Below, piece after piece: positions 50,553-63,026 of a stretch of 64,000 nt of DNA (positions are counted from its first letter, which is position 1; every line of letters starts with the position of its first letter). The DNA comes from Basidiobolus meristosporus CBS 931.73. Taxonomy: Eukaryota; Fungi; Basidiobolomycota. Location of the stretch: positions 2,250-66,249 of the forward strand of contig MCFE01000499.1 of assembly GCA_002104905.1 (NCBI GenBank), read 5' to 3'. A program made the translations under genes and the position numbers. The notes beneath the pieces are model-generated. The model had not been told where the DNA came from, ran no database searches, and saw nothing but the letters and a program-made list of their open reading frames with translations.

Positions 50553-52353
50553 AGGTACTCCAAACTCCCTATTCCTCTACAACTCTTATGATAAGACTTG
50601 TAACATTGGTAGCAGCAATAACCAGAAACATCCCTCCTAAAGAAAGAAGAAGACTCCCTCAAGATGTCTAAAAATCAAGAACGGAAGAATGCTATGCAGC
50701 AAATCCTGGCCCACCAGCAACAGTTACTCCAGATCCTTGGCCAGCAGTAATAAGGAATGAATACCATGACCCAACACCAGCAAAACCCTGTCAAGAGCAA
50801 GTTTAGTATGAAGGTCACCTGGTATCATGGTAGAGTCAATGAAAACCTGGCACCTTGGCTCTTCCAGATTGAAGAAGCTTTCAACGCTAAGGGAATTGCT
50901 CCAGAAACCAAATTACATTATGCAGCCTCTTACCTTGCAGATGCAGCTTTACAGTGGTACCACAACAGGATAAGGTCAGCCACAATGATGAGATGCTCCA
51001 CAATCTCTACCTGGGATGAGTTTGTGTTGGAAATTCAGGATGCATTTGAGCCTCTACACCAGCAGACACTACTAAGAAGAAAGTTGAAGACACTAAGACA
51101 GAAATAAATGGTTCAAGAATACAACTCTAAATATAGATGTCTACTTGGATAAGCTGAAAGAATGAAACCCCATGATCAAGTGCAATACTTTGTTGATGAG
51201 TTGAAAGAAAGAACATGCAAAGAAGTGAATTATCAAAGACCCCAGACTATTGAAGAAGCCATTGAGATAACCATTGACTACGACTCAGCTATGTTTGGAG
51301 TTGGGAAGGCCACAATGACTAATCAGAGAGGCTACAATCACTATAAAAGAAGACAATCAGAAGCAGTGCCAATGTAAATAGGTGCTATGCAGAAATAGCC
51401 TACCTCAGAAGAATGTAAGAATCAAGGACTTTGCATCTATTACAACCAGCAGAGACATATTGCAAAGTACTGCCTCCAGGGAAGATATGAACACCAGGCA
51501 TCAAGAACCTTCAATTGTATTGAAGCCCTTGAGCTTAGAAACATGGAGGATGAACTTGAAGAAGACTCAGAACTTACCTTCCATATGACAGAAGAACACC
51601 TATCCCAGATGACCTCAAACTTAGGAAAGCTATTGTATTTGAATGGAGTACCTGCCAAGATCATGATTGACTCAGGAGCATTGCATGAGTACATGTCAGA
51701 GCAATTTGCTCTGAAAGCTGGAATCAACTTGGAACCCACCAAGTCAACTTCAGTCTCAGCAGCTAAAGGGAATTCTCACATAATCAACTATATTACTCAG
51801 CCAGTAAGGACAAGGACCAATGACTATGAAGATGACAAACAGGCCTGTATATTTGGGAACTGCAAGTTTGACCTTGTACTTGGATAAACTTGGCTATTTT
51901 GCTGTAATCCTTCAATCAACTGGAGAACCCATGCTACTCAGATCCAGAAGGACAACAAGACCTATGAGATATTACCTGCCAGACTGGATTTCAGCTTGGT
52001 CAATTTCAGTGTGTGTGAAACAAGTGAGCTTAGAAAAACACAGTTCTGTAGAGCACTTAGAAATGGCACCCATATGTTTCTCAGGGCAGTATTGCAGGAG
52101 GGTTCCTCTACTCCAGTACCCCAGAGAGTCAAGACTCTTTTGAAGGAAAATTAGATGTATTTCCCGATGAACTTGGAAGCCTACCACCAGGCAGAGACAC
52201 AGATCAAGCCATTGAAACAGGAGATAGCCCTCCAGTGAGTAAGACACCTTACAGAATGAGTCCATTGGAGTTGGAAGAGATGAAGAGACAAATAGATCAC
52301 TGATTGGTGCAAGGATATATCAGACACAGCAAGTCATCATGAGGAGCACCAGT
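50553..52353 (+). mobile_element. Ty3/Gypsy family D 5' part: LTR remnant, tRNA-iMet PBS, gag, protease, RT start
   Basis: LTR end tgtaaca (50605) and PBS TGGTAGCAG (50607). Gag WLFQIEEAF/LADAALQWY, protease KIMIDSGA, several stops. Cut off by LTR-B at 52354. Confidence 0.85.
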
Positions 52354-52723
52354 TGTCATGATCACATGACAACCATGAACACCCATGCCAAGTTTCAGCT
52401 TCCTAGCTCAATTTCTAAGAGATTTCTTCTGGAACCTTCTACCAACTAAGTTCCTGACCATTCCAAACCCTTGTTACACAATGGAACATTCCATGGAAGC
52501 TTCCCATTGTATTTTTCATAGTCCAGTACCATATATGGAAATACCAGGTCATGTAACTTAGTCACATGATCAGGTGACCCAATCCATTTCCCCACCCTGT
52601 CTCAGTGCCTTGCCTTCTATATTATTATCCCCAGCACATTGCTGTGCCTCACCCCACAACCCCATTAGTATTAGCCAATATCTCTTGGCATCAGTATAAC
52701 CAAAAAGTATATATAGTCCCATC
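52354..52723 (+). repeat. Family B LTR, 5' part, interrupted
   Basis: Collinear with 35926-36301 up to tagtcc(c/t)atc. Confidence 0.9.
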
Positions 52724-53072
52724 TGTTGTAAGAGTCTTGGAGATATTGGCAGTGATTGGGAGAACAAGTAGATTATGTGGTTTTCACTTAATGATTTATT
52801 GAATGTAAAAGTAGTATTTATACTTTTACCTGGTCTTGACATTACAAACATGTAGAATAGGTTAAGGAAGGCCCCAAGAACATGTGTGCAAAGTTTGGGG
52901 CTGTTTGGACAACTCTGAGAATTTTCATGTTCTGGGTATCAGGTATTTTGGTAGTAATATTCTAAGTAAATCCCAACAAGGTATTTGGTCAGTATTCTCT
53001 AGGATTTGAGGGTAATAATCTAAGTGACTAAGTTAGGTGAATATTTAGGTGGAAATACAAATTTTTACAACA
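52724..53072 (-). repeat. Solo Copia-family LTR (349 bp)
   Basis: TGTTG...CAACA with flanks ccatc/ctatc (5 bp, one mismatch). Reverse-complement homologue of 35125-35472. Confidence 0.88.
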
Positions 53073-53077
53073 CTATC

Positions 53078-56000
53078 TGTGGTAATGGTAAGTATTCCAT
53101 TACTACAATATCTTAAACCAATATTGCACTCATTTCTTAATTTTGCTTTTTGCTATCTTAACACACAAGTGAAAGATCAAGAATTTCCAACTTTGAAGAG
53201 CAAATGCTCCAGACCCTGACAAGCAATCCACCTAAGAATATTATGTCATACAGAACACGTAGTAGCCAACACATGTTTCAAATTACAGCTCATTTGAAGC
53301 AGTACTTAAGGAGTTATGACCAAAAGAGTCTAACTATTATATATACTATGCCTTATTGCTAGGATTACTATGGTGACTTTGATTGCGTGTAACTTTTGAA
53401 CCAGCCAATCAAATCACGCGATATTTTCACAGGTGCTGCGCCTATGTCCGATCTGCGCCACTGCAGAATTTTAGCTCTGTATTGCGTGTATTGCTTGCGC
53501 AATTGCCCAAAAACTTTGATCCTTCAAAATTTTCATATATATGACTTCCCCAGCTGAAAAATAAAGAGAGAGCCTCTCTTTCCAGAATCTCCACACTACG
53601 ATTACAAGTTTAAAGGTTATAAGACTTCCCCTGCATCACTTGCACTGTTGAGTATTCTGACTTTGATTGGTACTACATCAGTAAAGAGACTGCAAAGCTC
53701 ACAAGAATCCAATCTAAGTTCTACAAGAAACTACCACTTTTCTGTCAGAAAAGTCCCCTCTAAGAAACCCCTTTACTCTAAAGACACCCCTTTAGACACC
53801 CCTTTAGTCTAAAGACCCCATTAGAGACCCCTTTAAGAAACCCCTTTACTCTAAAGAAGCCCCTTCAGGCACCCCTTTAGTGTAAAGTCCACTTTAGAGA
53901 CCACTACAAGAAGCCCTTTACTCTAAAGATACCCCTTTAGACACCACTTTAGGTCTAAAGACCCCTTTAGAGACTTCTACAACGCACCCCTTCAGGTTAA
54001 AGGGGAGTTCAAATTTCCATATTAGGAAATATTTTCTCAGAAAGGAAAGTGACTTCCAAATAAGGAAAAGTTACTATAAAAGTAAATAAGCCCATTAGTC
54101 AACAGAAGGTCAGAACACTGCTGTAGAAGTGATAAACACTGCCTACAGTATATTTTGAGCCCAAGATTGAGGAAATTAGTGAAAGTTATATCTTCTATCT
54201 GTATATCAAACTCCCAATAAACTATTTCAGTATTAGCATACTGGAGGTTGTTGTATATTGTTGATTAGCCTCTACATTATAGAACAAGCCCCAAACTAAT
54301 CATAATACAACACAACAAGAATTTGGTGGAGGACCTGGGTAGTTTGAACCTTTCACTATACAAGCATCAAGAAACGTTACAAGAATGACCGGTACACCAC
54401 TCCCAGAGTTAATAGCCACATTTAAAGGTGCCATTCCACTAAAATTATCAGGAGAGAATGTTACTGAGTTTCTAGAAGAGTTTAACAATATAGCTGCAGC
54501 ATTTGAGCTATCACACAAGAACAAAATCCAGTTGTTTCCCTTTCTCTGTGAAGTTGAAGTATCAAGATTCTTACAAAGTTTGGACCCATTTAAGATATCT
54601 GTTGGCGCTAACTATAACTGGGACACTGCTCAACAAGCTATTTTAGCTGAATACCAAAAAGAAGCACAGTTTGTTACACTAAATGAGCTAGAAATGCCTT
54701 ATGACAAGACCCAACCCTTGCAGAAGTACATTCAAAAGTTTGAGTCAAAAGCAAGGCATGTTGAAGCAGCTATTGGAATTCCAAGATTTTATCAAAGAAA
54801 CTATTTTCTGATGAATATGCCTCCTGAAATACATAATGCCATTTGCCACCAAGTTCAGGCTACAAGCTCCTACAACAATGTTAAACAAATGGTGTTAAAC
54901 TATCAATCAGGGAGACAAGTCATGGATTCCATTAATATTCAAATGAAGATTTCCACTCCAGCTAAACAAATTCTTCATCATACAAATAACCCACAAAGTG
55001 ATCAGGTTAATGAATTGATTGATGCATTAGGAAAACTGACGCTTAAGTTGGACTCTCAAAGTGTACCATCATCAAGCATCAACAAGGCAAGACCAGAAAA
55101 TCCCAAAATAACCAGTAATTATCCACAGCAAACCAAATATTGTGTGTACTGTGAATCTGCTGAGCATAGCCGTTATGGTTGTCAAATATTGATTATTGAT
55201 ATTAACAGTCATAAGGTTATGATTGATTGTTATGGGAAGATCTGTGATATTGCTAGAAACCCCTTGCCTATCAACAGAGGTTATGGTGGAATGAGGTCCT
55301 ATGTACTTGCTCAAGAAGAATCAAGTAAAAGCACCAAGACATCAAATTTCATACAAATCCAAAAGACTGCAGAAATTCCAAGCAATGAACGTTACGTACT
55401 AACAATATCAGATCCATCAGGGCAGGTCCAAGAATATCTAATGGAAAAAGAGGAAGTTGAAGAGTCTAATTGCCTGATTGATAAGAGAAAGTATGTTTCT
55501 ACAGAGAACAATCCTAAAAAAGTGCGTACCGACAAAAGAAATCAGCCAATTGTTGAAATACCAGTACAGCCAGAAACATCAAAAATCCAAAAAGAACACT
55601 TGCAACCTCAATTTAAGTATGACACTACTGCAATTACACAGAAAGTTATTGACAAATTCTGGAAATCTCCATTTCCACAACTTACAAATCAAGAAATGTT
55701 CACCGCCATCAACAATCTCAGTCAACTACTACCAGAAATGGTTAAGCCTATGGACAAAGATATCCTGAAGAATTATCAAGAACAGTCATCAATAACGTCA
55801 TCAAGTGAACAACTACAATTTGAAGTGGAAAAAGCCTTTTACTCTATAACAACAGGAAGCTATGCTGCTACAATCAACAATGTTGAAGTGGAATGTGTTT
55901 TTGATTCTGGATCAGAAATCAATGCTATCACCGCTATGACTTTTGAAAAAATCAAATTGCCATTGACAGAAGTTGACTGGAATATGAGAACTGCTACAGG

Positions 56001-59000
56001 TGCAACAGAGAAGATGCTTGGACTTTGTCACTCTGTACCAATTGAAATTGGAGGAATCAGGGTTACTTCTCCCTTTTCATTGTTGCCAATGGACCCACAT
56101 TTGAGGTATTGTTGGGACGACCATATGAGAGAAAATCTCTTCTACAAGCTGATAATAGACCTGATGGAAGCTTATGGCTGACAATCACATCTGACAATCA
56201 AAAAAGAAGGGCAACCTTTTGTGCAGCAGAAGGGAATAATCCAAGAAATGCAGACACCATTCCAGTACAAAACATACCGGTTCATAAGGATATTTTGTTT
56301 TATGATCAACACTTCATTCCATCAACAACAAGTAAGACAAATACCAAGTATAAGCCAGTTGCATTGAAAGCAAAGCCAGTATCTACTGGAATCTCACCAT
56401 CTGCCCACAACAATCCTCAAATGGAGCCTTTGCACAAATATAACAAAATCAGACTCACAGAAGAGAAGCTCAAGGACTTGGCTATTGGGACTACTCTTTC
56501 CACTGAGGAGAAAAGTCTCTTTTTGACTATGCTACAACGCTATGACAATGTCTTTGCATTTACTGATGCACAAAGAGGATGTTTATCCACAGAGCTATTT
56601 CCACCGGTTAAGATCCATACCGTTGAACATACACCATGGGCACTGAGATCATATCCTATTCCCTCAAGATTACTGAGCAAAGTAATTGAAATGCTACAAT
56701 CAAGATTTCAAAGTGGAGTCATTGAATATAGCTATGGACCTTATTGCAATCCCTGGTTTACACCGTTGAAGAAAAATGGAAGTCTACGGTTTATTCAAGA
56801 CGTACAGCATTTGAATAAGGTCACCATCAAAGATGCTATGCAACCACCCATACAACATGAGTACATTGAGTCATTTACTGGATATCCTCTGATTACAACA
56901 TTGGATCTTTATTCAGGATATGTCCAAATACTTGTGGATCCTACCTCAAGAGATTTCACCGCTATGGATACACCAATAGGACTCATAAGGATGACAAGAA
57001 TTCCTCAAGGATGGACAAACTCTGTCCAAAATTATCAACATGCAATGATTCGAGTTTTGGATGACTGTTTCCCTGAGATATGCCAACCATTTCTTGACAA
57101 CATTGCAGTTAAGAATAAGTCCAGAGAAAAAGATACATCGCATGTCTTACCTCAAGTAAGAAGATATGTTTATGATCACATATGCACTGTTGAGAGGGTC
57201 ATGAAGAAACTTCAAGCTTCTGGTCTGACTGTATCAGGAGCCAAATGCAAGTTTGGCTACGACAAAGCAATCATTCTAGGTGAACTTGTTACTGAAAAAG
57301 GGAGATTGCCTGATCCTGCAAAACTTTCATCGGCACTGAATTGGAAGCCACCAAGGAATATTCATCAAGTCAGACAATTATTAGGACTTACTGGTCTATC
57401 CAGAATCTGGATCAAGAACTATGCTCAAATTGCTAAGCCACTGACTCAATTATTACAGAAAAACCAGAAATTTGAATGGCATGAAGAACAGGCAAATGCT
57501 ATGTCCACATTGCTTGAGTCATTATCAAAGCCACCTGTCTTAGCAGCTATAGACTACAGTGTTATTGATTCACAACCAATCATTGTATCAGTTGATAGCT
57601 CTGGAATTGGGGTTGGTGGAATCATGATTCAAGTTTCAAAAGATCATCATCAACAACCTTGCAAATATCTTAGTAGACTATTCAAAGGGAATGAGCTTAA
57701 CTATCCATCTATCAAGAAAGAAGCACTGGGAGTACTCTATGTACTCAAAAAGCTAAAGCCATACTTATTACGAGTACACTTCACACTGGAGGTTGATGCC
57801 AAGCCATTATTAGAAATGCTGAATAAGTTGGAGCTTTTGCCTGATCCTATTCTAGCACGGTGGATATCATACATCCAGATCTTTGACTTTACGCTGCAAC
57901 ACATACCAGGAGCCAATCACAAAGGACCTGATGCCTTATCTAGAAAGCAACCAAATTCACCATACTCAACTGATGATGATGAGATTGATGAGTTCCTTGA
58001 AAACACTAGTCTTGGATTCTCATTCAGACATATGATACAAAGCAATTATCAACAAATCAAGGAATTTCTTACATCACTCAAAGTTCCTGCTGATATTCCC
58101 ACAAATCAACACACAAATTTTAAAAAGAAGGCTCTGAAGTTTATACTGCATGACGGCACACTTATCAGAAAAAGCAAACATGGAATTCCTTGACGGTATA
58201 TACATAACAAGCATGATCAAGAGAAGATCATTCAAGAATTGCATGAATCTGAATCAGGAGGTCATAAGGGAATTACATCAACATATGCAAAAATCTCTTT
58301 ACGGTATTTTTGGCCAACGCTTTACACCAACACAAAAGAATATGTGAAATCATGTATTCCATGTCAAAGAAGAGACAACCAAAAGATGCATGAACCACTT
58401 CACAGTATATACACATCTTATGCTTGGCAAATTGCACATGTAGATATTATACATTTACCAAGGGCAACAGCTGGGTATAAGTATGTGGTGGACTGTTGTG
58501 ATAACTTTACTGGTTGGATAGAGGCTAGAATGCTGAAACAAGCCAATGCAAAAGCAGTAGCAAGATTTCTCAAAGAAGATGTATATCTCAGACATGGTTC
58601 AGTTGGCACCCTTATTGCAGACAATGGAGAATGTGGATCTTATGAAATACAAGCACTAGCGACAAAGCATGGAACCAAGCTTATACATACTACACCATAT
58701 CACCCACAAGCAAATTCACCAGTTGAACGTGGACATTCTGCTTTTGCAAACACATTAGCAAAGCTTAGCTATGAAGAACCCAACAAATGGGCAAATAACT
58801 TTCATGCAGCAATTTGGTCTGATAGAGTCACGGTTAAAAGAAGTACAGGGTATACACCATTTTTTTTAATATATGGACATGAAGCTGTTTTGCCGATAGA
58901 CATATCTTTTGAGAATTGGCTTACCCTCACATGAAAACCAACCATGACAACATCAGAGCTATTGCTAGCAAGAGTACAACAGATTCAACAAGCACACACT

Positions 59001-59019
59001 CTGCAACAGAATGCAATAG
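53078..59019 (+). mobile_element. Ty3/Gypsy family A element: 5' LTR (53078-54317), PBS, gag-pro-pol, 3'-truncated
   Basis: 1240-bp LTR and PBS TGGTGGAGGACC (54324). Gag GENVTEFLEEF and CVYCESAEH..C; protease VFDSGSEIN; RT LDLYSGY, PQGWTNS, FLDN; RH VSVDSS; IN GGHKG, C..CQRR, IADNG, NSPVERGH. Frameshift near 56072, CGA>TGA at 58191, TGG>TGA at 58932. Confidence 0.92.
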
Positions 59020-59070
59020 TGTTCCTACTGATTAGTCCTAATTTTGACCTAAGATATTCAAACTTGTCTC

Positions 59071-60314
59071 TGTGGTAATGGAAAGTATTCCATTACTACA
59101 ATATCTCTAAACCAATATTGCACTCATTTCTTTATTTTGCTTTTTGCTATTGTAACACACAAGAGAAAGATCAAGAATTTCCAACTTTGAAGAGCAAATG
59201 CTCCAGACCCTGACAAGCAATCCACCCAAGAATATTATGTCATACAGAACACGTAGTAGCCAACACATGTTTCAAATTACAGCTCATTTGAAGCAGTACT
59301 TAAGGAGTTATAACCAAAAGAGTCCAACTATTATATATACTATGCCTTATTGCTAGGATTACTATGGTGACTTTGATTGCGTGTAACTTTTGAACCAGCC
59401 AATCAAATCACGTGAAATTTTCACAGGTGCTGCGCCTATGTCCGATCTGCGCCACTGCAAAAATTTTAGCTTCGTATCACATGTATTGCTTGCGCAATCG
59501 CCCAAAAACTTTGATCCTTCAAAATTTTCATATATATGACTTCCCCAGCTGAAAAATATAGAGAGAGCCTCTCTTTCCAGAATCTCCACACTACAATTAC
59601 AAGTTTAAAGGTTATAAGACTTCCCCTGCATCACTTGCACTGTTGAGTATTCTGACTTTGATCGGTACTACATCAGTAAAGAGACTGCAAAGCTCACAAG
59701 AATCCAATCTAAGTTCTACAAGAAACTACCACTTTTCTGTCGGAAAAGTCCCCTCTGAGAAACCCCTTTACTCTAAAGACACCCCTTTAGACACCCCTTT
59801 AGTCTAAAGACCCCTTTAGAGACCCCTCTAAGAAACCCCTTTACTCTAAAGAAGCCCCTTTAGGCACCCCTTTAGTGTAAAGTCCACTTTAGAGACTACT
59901 ACAAGAAGCCCCTTTACTCTAAAGACACCCCTTTAGACACCCCTTTAGGTCTAAAGACCCCTTTAGAGACTTCTACAACACACCCCTTTAGGTCAAAGGG
60001 GAGTTCAGAATTTCCATATTAGGAAATATTTTCTCTCAAAGGAAAGTGACTTCCAAATAAGGAAAATTTACTATAAAAGTAAATAAGCCCATTAGTCAAC
60101 AGAAGGTCAGAACACTGCTGTAGAAGTGATAAACACTGCCTACAGTATATTTTGAGCCCAAGATTGAGGAAATTAGTGAAAGTTATATCTTCTATCGGTA
60201 TATCAAACTCCCAATAAACTATTTCAGTATTAGCATACTGGAAGTTGTTGTATATTGTTGATTAGCCTCTACATTGTAGAACAAGCCCCAAACTAATCAT
60301 AATACAACACAACA
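59071..60314 (+). repeat. Solo LTR, family A (1244 bp), inside Copia RNase H
   Basis: 4-bp TSD TCTC. The flanks rejoin to Copia aacttgtctctagctaatgg. Confidence 0.92.
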
Positions 60315-60438
60315 TCTCTAGCTAATGGTTTGGTAAATATGCCTGCAATCATTTCATCTGTAGGACAGTAAACTAAGCTAACTAAGTTATTCTCTATAGC
60401 TTCATGTATGAAATGATGTCCAATATCTATGTGCTTGG

Positions 60439-60811
60439 TGTGAGTACTAAATACAGACCCACTCTTTGCCCAGGAGTTCTCCTCAGAGTCCTACCCAAAG
60501 TCCCCCAGTATCCTCCCTATGATTCCCCCACATGCCCTCCCTCCTATCCCTGCCCTTATCTAGTTAGAACACTTACTATAACAGGAAGGTGTTCACACCC
60601 CTATTTTATAACATATTGTCTATTATCTAAGCCCCCAAGTGATATAAATCTACCCAATTGAACCAAGTAAGAGAACAAGGAGTTTTGGGACAAAATAAAC
60701 ACAAGTCTTTATTACCTTGCTACCTTCTATCAGAAGCTATTCTGAACCAAGTGGTACTGACTTGACCTACAAGCTTGCCCACTCACCAAGTACAGTCATT
60801 AATAACCCACA
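60439..60811. repeat. Solo LTR of a further family (373 bp)
   Basis: TGTGAG...CCCACA with 5-bp TSD CTTGG. The flanks rejoin to the Copia ARTKHIDI coding sequence. Confidence 0.88.
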
Positions 60812-62141
60812 CTTGGTTCTAGCATGAAAAGTTGGATTTCTACCTAATTGTATACGTCCTTGATTTTCTTAAATAAAGTAATAGGCGTTTTTTGACATAG
60901 GCCTAAATCTGTGAAAGCTTTCTTAACCACATTACTTCTTTTGTAGCTTCACAGGCTGCCATATACTCTGCCTCTGTGGTGGAAAGTGCTACGGTTGGTT
61001 GCTTTCTTGAGTTCCATGAAATTGCTCCTTAACAATAAAGAACGGTGTATCCTGTGGTGGATCTTCTGTCTTCCAAATTTTGTCCTCAATCAGCATTGGA
61101 GTATCCCACAAGATCCTGTTCTGAATCCTTATAAGTGTATCTTAAGCAGATATCAGCAGTTCCTTTTAGGTATCTAAAAATCCACTTAACTGCTGCAATA
61201 TGATCAGATCCATAGTTCTGATTATGTTGGCTGAGAACTCCCACTGAATATGAGATATCTGGACGTGTTCCAAGCATGATATACATCAGACTGCCGGCCA
61301 TAGATTGATAAGGAAAGTCAGGGCTTTCAGATGGCACCAAGCTCTCTTGATTTGGTTAAGTTTTGACCAAGATAAGGTTTGTCTCCATTGGGGTAGCTGT
61401 TGGTTCACAGTCTTCCATTTGGTACTTCTTTAGTATATCTTGAATATACTTGGATTGGCTTAGGGTGATAGTCTGGGTACTTCTGTCTATGGAGAACTTA
61501 ATCCCTAAGTAGTAACTGAGTTCTCCTAGATTGGACATCTTGAACTCTTTAGATAGGCTGGATTTAGTCTCTTCCAATGTTGCTAGGTTATTGGTGGCTA
61601 TAATAAGATCATCCACATATAGAGCTAATAGAACTGGATTTGCTCTATCTGGCTTATAGTATATACTTTAGTCAGCATTACTCCTTTTGAAACTCAAAGA
61701 TTCCAAATAAGAATCTATCTTGCAATTCCATGATCTTGGTGATTGTTTGAGACCATATAGTTACTTTTTAAGCTTGCAGACCAAATGGAGGTTAACTTGG
61801 TCAACAAACCCATCAGGCTGGTCCATATACATGTGCTCATCAAGTTCTCCATTCAAAAATGCAGTTTTTACATCCATTTGATGAATAAAAAACTTATACT
61901 TGGCTGCCTTAGCCAATATTAATCTGATGGAATTAAACTTGGCAACCGGTGCAAAGGTCTCAGTATAGTCAAGTCCTTTTGTTTGAGAGTATCCTTTGGC
62001 TACAAGTCTTGCTTTGTATCTTTCAATTGTACCATCAGCCTTGTATTTTGTCTTGAAGACCCATCTGCATCCAATTGATTTTTGGTTGATTGGTTATTTG
62101 ACTAAGTCCCAAGATTGATTTTCTACCAGGGCCTGATATTC

Positions 62142-63026
62142 TGTTGTGTTGTATTATGATTAGTTTGGGGCTTGTTCTACAATGTAGAGGCTAATCAACA
62201 ATATACAAACACTTCCAGTATGCTAATACTGAAATAGTTTATTGGGAGTTTGATATACCGATAGAGGATATAACTTTCACTAATTTCCTCAATCTTGGGC
62301 TCAAAATATACTGTAGGCAGTGTTTATCACTTCTACAGCAGTGTTGTGACCTTCTGTCAACTAATGGGCTTATTTACTTTTATAGTAACTTTTCCTTATT
62401 TGGAAGTCACTTTCTTTTCTGAGAAAATATTTCCTAATATGAAAATTCTGAACTCCCCTTTAACCTAAAGGGGTGTGTTGTAGAAGTCTCTAAAGGGGTC
62501 TTTAGACCTAAAGGGGTGTCTAAAGGGGTGTCTTTAGAGTAAAGGGGCTTCTTAGAGGGGACTTTTCCGACAGAAAAGTGGTAGTTTCTTGTAGAACTTA
62601 GATTGGATTCTTGTAAGCTTTGCAGTCTCTTTACTGATGTAGTACTGATCAAAGTCAGAATACTCAACAGTGCAAGTGATGCAGGGGAAGTCTTATAACC
62701 TTTAAACTTGTAATTGTAGTGTGGAGACACCATAGTAATCCTAGCAATAAGGCATAGTATATATAATAGTTGGACTCTTTTGGTCATAACTCCTTAAGTA
62801 CTGCTTCAAATGAGCTGTAATTTGAAACATGTGTTGGCTACTACGTGTTCTGTATGACATAATATTCTTGGGTGGATTGCTTGTCAGGGTCTGGAGCATT
62901 TGCTCTTCAAAGTTGGAAATTCTTGATCTTTCTCTTGTGTGTTACAATAGCAAAAAGCAAAATAAAGAAATGAGTACAATATTGGTTTAGAGATATTGTA
63001 GTAATGGAATACTTTCCATTACCACA
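62142..63026 (-). repeat. Solo LTR, family A, internally deleted (885 bp), inside Copia RT
   Basis: Reverse complement of the family A ends with 4-bp TSD ATTC. The flanks rejoin to MTEEYQALVENQSW. Confidence 0.92.

Noticed and set aside
59071-60314. Looks like the 3' LTR of the family A element starting at 53078
   Set aside because: It has its own TCTC TSD and its flanks rejoin to Copia RNase H. The family A element ends at a deletion junction near 59019, so this is an independent solo LTR.
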